Notes under the pieces: generated by a model | What the model was told of the DNA's origin: nothing | What the model saw: the letters and a program-made list of their open reading frames with translations, nothing else | Databases searched by the model: none | Source: a virus | Taxonomy: Duplodnaviria > Caudoviricetes | Virus record (IMG/VR): IMGVR_UViG_3300039918_000017 | Location: 1 to 30,762 of that record | Strand: one strand, 5' to 3' | DNA: 30,762 nucleotides | Made by a program: the position numbers and the translations under genes | In this document: piece by piece, positions 25,350-30,762 of the stretch | How the letters are laid out: the number at the start of each line of letters is the position of its first letter | How positions within the stretch are numbered: the stretch's first letter is position 1

Positions 25350-25612
25350 TCATCGTGAGCGTCCAGCTCGTTTCAGCGATCGACGGCCGCGTCGAGGAAC
25401 TGGCCCGCATGGAAATCTGCAACATGGGAACCGGGACCTCGCAGCTGGGCAATTACTCGGCCGAAACGCTTCGTGGGCGGTCTACCGAGCAGCTTAATCG
25501 CAGGACGCGCCAGCGGATCGCCTATGTGAATGGCCACCCCCGACAGCGCGAACATATCTGGAACCTCGTAGCTAAGGCCCTGAAAGCCCTTCGCTATGGA
25601 GGCGAAGAGTGA
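25346..25612 (+). CDS. Hypothetical phage protein (88 aa)
   Basis: Start at ATG 25346; MIIVSVQLVSAIDG...GNY...HPR...WNLV.KAL. Confidence 0.7.
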   Translation: MIIVSVQLVSAIDGRVEELARMEICNMGTGTSQLGNYSAETLRGRSTEQLNRRTRQRIAYVNGHPRQREHIWNLVAKALKALRYGGEE

Positions 25613-26073
25613 AGGGTGCGGATCAATGCCCCCGCTGCGCCTCACGCCGCTGGGCGGACGTGCAGCAGCCGGTGATCGACTTCTACGCCGGCGTCCTGCG
25701 CGTGTGCGGCAACTGCGGCACAGCATGGGAACCCTTCGAGGTCGCAGACCTCATGGACCAATCGGATCGCTTCTCTAGCTTCCTGCATCCCTGCGGCAAC
25801 TGCGCGTTCCGAAAAGGATCGCCGGAACAGCGCGACGCGGAGGAATGGGAAAGCAAGATGATTTCCATGTCGTTCGGCGCGGGCTTCTATTGCCACAAGG
25901 GCGTGCCCGTTACGCCCTCGACTGACCATGGGTTCGATTATCCCGCCGATCGCCGCAAGCTGCGCCTGTGTCGCGGCTATCTCAACTCCGTCGTCGGGCC
26001 ACGGCTTAACGAACTGGCGCGCCAAAGGGAGCCTGTGCAGGCGGACGGCGAAGCCTGGGTTGACGAGCTATGA
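25609..26073 (+). CDS. Multi-Cys Zn-binding protein
   Basis: 154 aa; CPRC, CGNC, 'PCGNCAF', 'FYCHKG', 'LCRG'; GTGA overlap. Confidence 0.7.
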   Translation: MKGADQCPRCASRRWADVQQPVIDFYAGVLRVCGNCGTAWEPFEVADLMDQSDRFSSFLHPCGNCAFRKGSPEQRDAEEWESKMISMSFGAGFYCHKGVPVTPSTDHGFDYPADRRKLRLCRGYLNSVVGPRLNELARQREPVQADGEAWVDEL

Positions 26074-26732
26074 AACTCGCCCCCGACAGCCCTCTCGGCC
26101 TCGGCGCGGCGATGGCGGGCGGACGCTCGGCGCTGGCGACCAGCGAACGCCACGAATGGGACTATTATCAGACCCCCGCCAGCTGTGCCCGCGCCATCCT
26201 GATCGCGGAGGCGCACCACATGCGGATGCACGGCCAGGCCATGTGGGAACCCAATGCCCATGGCGGCCGCCTGGTCGCAGCCGGGCGCAACAGCGGCTTC
26301 GACGTGCTGGCGACGGACATCCGCGCGGATCCCGCGCATGGCGTCGTCCAGCGCGATCTGCTGCAAACCCGCCGGCTCTTCGCGCCGATCGTCTTCGCCA
26401 ACTTCCCGTGGAGCAATGGCGCGCAGATGGTCGACCATGTGCTGGGCACGCTGCGTGCGCCCTATCTCTGCGCCCTCTTCAAGTCCCAATATTGGCAGAC
26501 CGCCAGCGAGGACGGGCGCGGCCGCCTCGCCCTGTTCCGCCGCCACCCGCCCGTCATGCGCTGGGACTGCACCTGGCGCGTCAATTTCAAGGAAGGCGAA
26601 CGCAACGCCCGCGGCCGCCTGATGCACAGCACCATGAACGTCAGCTGGTTCGTGTGGGACCGCAACCGGCAGGGACAAATGCAATGGGGCCTGCTCGGCC
26701 GCGACGGTCCCGTCCAAGTGGAGGATTTATGA
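26070..26732 (+). CDS. SAM-dependent DNA amino (N6A/N4C) methyltransferase-like protein
   Basis: 'DYYQTP', 'WEPNAHGG', 'ATDI', and 'NFPW' at the NPPY position. Confidence 0.7.
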   Translation: MKLAPDSPLGLGAAMAGGRSALATSERHEWDYYQTPASCARAILIAEAHHMRMHGQAMWEPNAHGGRLVAAGRNSGFDVLATDIRADPAHGVVQRDLLQTRRLFAPIVFANFPWSNGAQMVDHVLGTLRAPYLCALFKSQYWQTASEDGRGRLALFRRHPPVMRWDCTWRVNFKEGERNARGRLMHSTMNVSWFVWDRNRQGQMQWGLLGRDGPVQVEDL

Positions 26733-27880
26733 GCAAGGATAGCTTGAAGGCGGCGCTGGACCTTGAAGCCCTTCGTCGCCGCGAAGTGCAGATGATGGGC
26801 GCGGCGATCAGCACCCGAAGCTGGCACGATATGGAGAACGCCTATAATCAGCTTCGCGATAAAATCGACACTGAGTTGACGCGGAGGAAGTTAGAGGCTC
26901 GCGCATCAACCGATGCTGCCCCTGTTGCTGGTGAGGATGTAGAGCGCGAAATCAGCGGAGAGACCGTTTGCGGCTTCCGAGTGGTGGCATACCGCGAAAC
27001 TCATCCCGAACACGGCAGCAAATATGGACATCACTATTCAGAGCATTGGTCAACGCCGAATAGCCGTGACAGCCGTGTAAAGGTCGAGCGCCTTTTTACG
27101 GAGGATCAGCTTCGCGCTGCCCTGTCCAACCCGCCCGCCGCCGATGCTGTCCCTGCTGCTTGGATATATGAGCGCCCGAATGACGGAAAGCGCTACACAC
27201 AGGATCGGCTTATCGACTTTCAAAGGCACCCGTTGGCTGTAGAGGTAGGCTGGACTGAAACACCCCTCTACGCACACCCGCCTGTTCCCGATGCTGCTGG
27301 GGAGGTCAGCCAGCTTGTTCTTGCCGCAAGGCAGGCGTGGGCGTCTACCATAGATCGCGGCTTGATGCCTGGCGATCCCTTATTCGGGGCAATGCGGGAT
27401 TTGGATATTGCGGTCGCGCCGTTCGCCGACAGGGTTCCGTATGCAGTCCACAACGAGGATTGCGATTGTGCACTATGCAACGCCGCTGGGCAAAAGCTTC
27501 CGAAGCTCGCACAACCGCCCGCTGCCGAGCCTGACACCATCGGTTCCCACTACGGCAATGGTGGGCAATTCGATCCGTTGAGCGCCGAGCCTGTGGGGAT
27601 GAGGGAGGCGCTGACAGAGGACGTGCGTGCCGTCCGCCAGTCGTTCAGTAATGCAGTGGCGCAGGTAGCGGCCGATGCAATCCGATCCTCTTTCTTTGTG
27701 AGCGTATCAGGCGAAGGAGAGCCTTACCGCTATCATTTGCGGCTAGCCTATCCAAGCATGGAGGCCATGCACAAGGCAGAGGATGCCTTGAAGGCGCTGG
27801 CGAAAGAGCCGCAATTCCTTCCGTTAGAACAACGGCTTGCAGCACTCGCAACCGGCAACGGTGGGGAGGGGCGGTCGTGA
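26729..27880 (+). CDS. Mosaic phage accessory protein (383 aa)
   Basis: Start at ATG 26729 with RBS GGAGG; 'ETPLYAHPP' motif; atypical codon usage. Confidence 0.7.
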   Translation: MSKDSLKAALDLEALRRREVQMMGAAISTRSWHDMENAYNQLRDKIDTELTRRKLEARASTDAAPVAGEDVEREISGETVCGFRVVAYRETHPEHGSKYGHHYSEHWSTPNSRDSRVKVERLFTEDQLRAALSNPPAADAVPAAWIYERPNDGKRYTQDRLIDFQRHPLAVEVGWTETPLYAHPPVPDAAGEVSQLVLAARQAWASTIDRGLMPGDPLFGAMRDLDIAVAPFADRVPYAVHNEDCDCALCNAAGQKLPKLAQPPAAEPDTIGSHYGNGGQFDPLSAEPVGMREALTEDVRAVRQSFSNAVAQVAADAIRSSFFVSVSGEGEPYRYHLRLAYPSMEAMHKAEDALKALAKEPQFLPLEQRLAALATGNGGEGRS

Positions 27881-28188
27881 GCGATCTAATCTTGCCGCTC
27901 AAAGGCATATACTTCGACCAGGTACGCGATGGCACAAAGCCGCTCGAATACCGCCTCCACAACGCCTATTGGGCGCAGAGGCTTGAGCGTCGGTCCTACG
28001 ACCGCGTGATCCTGACGCGCGGCTATCCAAAGGGCGGAGGAATTGAAGGCGAGACGCGCCTGACGCGGCAATGGCGCGGCTTCACTGTCCAGCCCTTAGA
28101 GCATGAGCATTTCGGGTCCGATCCGGTGATCGTCTACGCAATCGACGTGTCAACGCCCCTCGCGTCGAAGCCGGGCGGGGAGGTCTAA
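27877..28188 (+). CDS. ASCH-domain protein
   Basis: 'L.LKG.YFDQVRDGTKPLEYR' matches the ASCH GxKxxExR motif. Confidence 0.82.
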   Translation: MSDLILPLKGIYFDQVRDGTKPLEYRLHNAYWAQRLERRSYDRVILTRGYPKGGGIEGETRLTRQWRGFTVQPLEHEHFGSDPVIVYAIDVSTPLASKPGGEV

Positions 28189-28190
28189 AC

Positions 28191-28811
28191 ATGGACCGCG
28201 CCTACACCACCCTGCAGGGCCGCAAGTTCGAGATCATCCCCAACGGCCGCTGCACGACGATCGACAGGAACAAGGTCGCTATCCGGACTAGGCCTGGCGA
28301 TTGCCGCAACCCTGACGACGCCTATGCGAGAGGCACGATCCGGCGCGCTGGGCTGGATGGCTGGCCGCAGCCGACGACAGCCGACAAGGGGCATGATGAG
28401 TTCTGGTTCACGCCGCACGCCAACGCGATGGGGCAGAAGGCCGGCGACTGGCTGAACTTCTATGAGCGGCACGGCGCAGGACCGATGTCGAACCGCGCTG
28501 GCCCGCTGATCCTGACGAACGAGCGCAGCGGAGACGGCAAGAGCTATTATCGCGCCTGGCTGACGGACATGGCGGGCGTGAGGTCGCTGCTGGGTCAGAT
28601 ACTGGCTTTGGCGGACATGAGAACCCGCTTCACCGTGGATTACCGCACGGGTCCGCAGGGCTGGGTATCCGTCTCGATGGGCGGCGAGACTTTCGCCACG
28701 CCCAAGTTCACCTTCGGCTACGGCGTCCCGCTTTACCCCTGCTTTCGCGCCTATGGGAACGAGCGGCCCGGCCCGATCGACGTTGATTTTGAGATCGGAC
28801 CCAGCAGATGA
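28191..28811 (+). CDS. Hypothetical beta-rich protein (206 aa)
   Basis: RBS GGAGG; GC3-biased codons. Confidence 0.7.
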   Translation: MDRAYTTLQGRKFEIIPNGRCTTIDRNKVAIRTRPGDCRNPDDAYARGTIRRAGLDGWPQPTTADKGHDEFWFTPHANAMGQKAGDWLNFYERHGAGPMSNRAGPLILTNERSGDGKSYYRAWLTDMAGVRSLLGQILALADMRTRFTVDYRTGPQGWVSVSMGGETFATPKFTFGYGVPLYPCFRAYGNERPGPIDVDFEIGPSR

Positions 28812-28898
28812 GCCAAGCGATCGCCGCCCCAAGTTGACAGCGCGCCTCTTCTGACCGCACCATCTTTCCCCACTCCGTTTCCAGTCCCGGAGGCTTGC

Positions 28899-29108
28899 AT
28901 GACACAGGACCAATTCTGCAACGGCGTCCGCCTGATCGGCGGCAAGAAGGCCGCCGCGCAGCTGCTCGACATCAACGAACGCGCGATCGAGCGCATCATG
29001 GCGGGCCGGGAGACGCTGGGCGAAGGGCTTGCAATGCGCCTGTTTCTGGCCGTCACCGCTCATCACCGCCAATGCCGCGACTGGCTGGATGCGAACAATG
29101 CCGCGTAA
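28899..29108 (+). CDS. Small HTH protein upstream of the integrase
   Basis: 69 aa; RBS GGAGG; 'AAAQLLDINERAIERIMAG'. Confidence 0.75.
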   Translation: MTQDQFCNGVRLIGGKKAAAQLLDINERAIERIMAGRETLGEGLAMRLFLAVTAHHRQCRDWLDANNAA

Positions 29109-30405
29109 CTACAAGGCAAAGCCGCGCAAGACGCCGCGCTACTTCAAGCCCTTCCCGCTCGCCGGCGGCCGCACCGGCTACAAATGGGAACCGGCCAACC
29201 GGCTGCGCGCCCATGGCTGGGCCACCGTCATGCTGGGCGAGGACTTCGCGGCCGCCGTGGCGAAGGCGGAGGCGGAGAATGCCCGGCTCGACGCGTGGCG
29301 CGCCGGCGCGGCCGTGAACGTGCCGCAGAAGGTCGAGAACAACGACTATCGCTATGCGACCTGGGCAGACCTCGATCGGCGCTTCAATGGGCCGGAAGGG
29401 CTGGAGGGCGTCAGCTACCGGACGAACAAGCCCTACAGCGCCAAGACGAAGATGGAATATCGCGGCCGCATGAAGTTCCTGCGCGCCTGGGCGGACAATG
29501 GCCGCATGAAGCTGCGCCACATCACCGCCGAATCCGTCATCACCCTGCGCAACGAGCTGGTACAGGGGACGACGCCCCACACCGCCGCCGCGATCCTGCG
29601 CGTGCTGTCCGTCATGACGGGCTGGGCGGAATTTCATGGACTGATCGAACGCGGCAAGGATCCCGCCAAGCGCCTCAACATCCCCGAACCGCAGAGCCGC
29701 CGCAAGCGCGTGCAACCCGAAGTCGTCGAGACGATCGCCGCCTACGCGCTCAAGAAGGAATGGCAAAGCATCAGCTTGGCCCTTTGCCTCGGCTTCTACA
29801 CGGTGCAGCGTCCGGGCGATCTCCGCACCCTGACGGTTTTCAACTGGCGTCGCGCCATGGATATTTCATCGCACGATCGCGCCGTACTGGCCGGGCCGGA
29901 CGGGGAAGTCTGGTCGTTTCGCCTCAAGCAGCACAAGACCGGAGAATGGGTCGATCTCGCTTTGCCCCACCATGTGCGCGTCAGGGTGGAGGCAGCGATA
30001 ACGGCCGAGCGGAGCAAATCCGCCGCGGCGGCCGCCAACGCCAATCTTCCGATCTTGGTTCACCACAGCACGGGTCGCTCGTGGGACCAGCGCAATTTCC
30101 AGAAATATATTCGTCTGGCGATTGACGGTGCGCTGGCAGAGGCACGCGCCGCCGGCGACGATTTCATGGTCGATCAGTTGACCGGCCTCCAGTTCCGCGA
30201 CCTGCGACGCAGCGGCATGTGCTGGCTCCGCGATATGGGGGCCACGGTCGCACAGATCGCCGCGCGCAGCGGCCACGCGATCGAAATGGCGCAAACCATC
30301 CTCGACACCTACATGCCGGCGGATAGCCGGGGCAGCGCCGCCGCCATCGCGACCGCAACCGCCCGCGCAGCCGAGCTGGCGGACCAGAAGGAGCAGGAAG
30401 CATGA
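29098..30405 (+). CDS. int: Tyrosine recombinase / phage integrase (435 aa)
   Basis: Likely start ATG 29098; catalytic motifs 'QRPGD', 'QHKT', 'FRDLRRS', 'SGH', 'LDTY'. Confidence 0.92.
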   Translation: MPRNYKAKPRKTPRYFKPFPLAGGRTGYKWEPANRLRAHGWATVMLGEDFAAAVAKAEAENARLDAWRAGAAVNVPQKVENNDYRYATWADLDRRFNGPEGLEGVSYRTNKPYSAKTKMEYRGRMKFLRAWADNGRMKLRHITAESVITLRNELVQGTTPHTAAAILRVLSVMTGWAEFHGLIERGKDPAKRLNIPEPQSRRKRVQPEVVETIAAYALKKEWQSISLALCLGFYTVQRPGDLRTLTVFNWRRAMDISSHDRAVLAGPDGEVWSFRLKQHKTGEWVDLALPHHVRVRVEAAITAERSKSAAAAANANLPILVHHSTGRSWDQRNFQKYIRLAIDGALAEARAAGDDFMVDQLTGLQFRDLRRSGMCWLRDMGATVAQIAARSGHAIEMAQTILDTYMPADSRGSAAAIATATARAAELADQKEQEA

Positions 30406-30608
30406 GTTGGGGACCGTTCAGCGCCGAGGCTGTCACGCTGGATGGCGCACTGCGCCGCCTTCATCGAGAAGGGCGAACATCGGACGCGATTGCCGCGATC
30501 AAGAATGCGCTCGATATTGCTCATCGCACCGGGCCATCGAACATGACCTACGCAGAGTTTGAGGCAGCTTGCTCCACCGATTCGGCCGATCCGGCGGGGA
30601 AAAAGTAG
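30402..30608 (+). CDS. Small hypothetical protein (68 aa)
   Basis: ATGA overlap with the integrase stop. Confidence 0.45.
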   Translation: MSWGPFSAEAVTLDGALRRLHREGRTSDAIAAIKNALDIAHRTGPSNMTYAEFEAACSTDSADPAGKK

Positions 30609-30639
30609 GTCCGACCTACTTTTAAAAAGTAGGTCGGAC
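30601..30639. repeat. Triple 11-bp repeat / 15-bp perfect inverted repeat; probable integrase arm sites or terminator
   Basis: AAAAGTAGGTC at 30601 (direct), 30613 (inverted) and 30625 (direct). Confidence 0.65.
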
Positions 30640-30762
30640 GATTTTCACAACCCTCTTGACCGTCGCGAAAACCACGCCTATCTGCGGCCTCCCAGGCGCG
30701 ACGCGCGCAGGATTGATGCCCGATCCTCTAATGGTAAGGTGTCAATGCTTCCAATAAAATCA

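Larger units (their letters stand above)
1..30762. mobile_element. Temperate podovirus-like prophage (partial; continues left of the window, right att probably at or just beyond the right edge)
   Basis: Contiguous head/tail, terminase, primase/helicase, cI/cro and tyrosine integrase modules. No host housekeeping genes seen. Confidence 0.93.

Noticed and set aside
25928-26728. N-terminal 267 aa of the 650-aa ORF
   Set aside because: Overlaps the methyltransferase gene in another frame; the real start is ATG 26729 with a GGAGG RBS.
1-30762. Diversity-generating retroelement, as in BPP-1-like phages
   Set aside because: No reverse transcriptase or TR/VR repeat pair seen in this window; the tail-fibre region lies outside it.

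Overview
The window is almost entirely one temperate, podovirus-type prophage (BPP-1/epsilon15-like gene order) in a GC-rich host. An alphaproteobacterial host is inferred from an alpha-type LexA box. On the minus strand (1-11480) is the virion module: terS, terL, portal, Bbp19-like protein, scaffold, capsid, cement, tail adaptor, nozzle and a GNAT-like protein. A non-coding region (11481-12735) holds an iteron-rich putative origin. An oppositely oriented accessory operon (12736-17469) encodes a C5-methyltransferase-like protein, and its second gene is cleanly split by a 1521-bp IS110-family element. Further right are a minus-strand cro/primase/helicase module, a repressor with no autocleavage domain, a plus-strand early operon and a tyrosine integrase with probable att-arm repeats. 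Three signals stand out. (1) The IS110 element has readable CT-core junctions and candidate bridge/seekRNA guides. (2) Six ATAACTG-N3-GTTA operators lie at early and also late promoters. (3) A LexA-boxed small Zn-finger gene is a candidate SOS antirepressor. All calls come from reading motifs and gene order by eye; no database searches were run.
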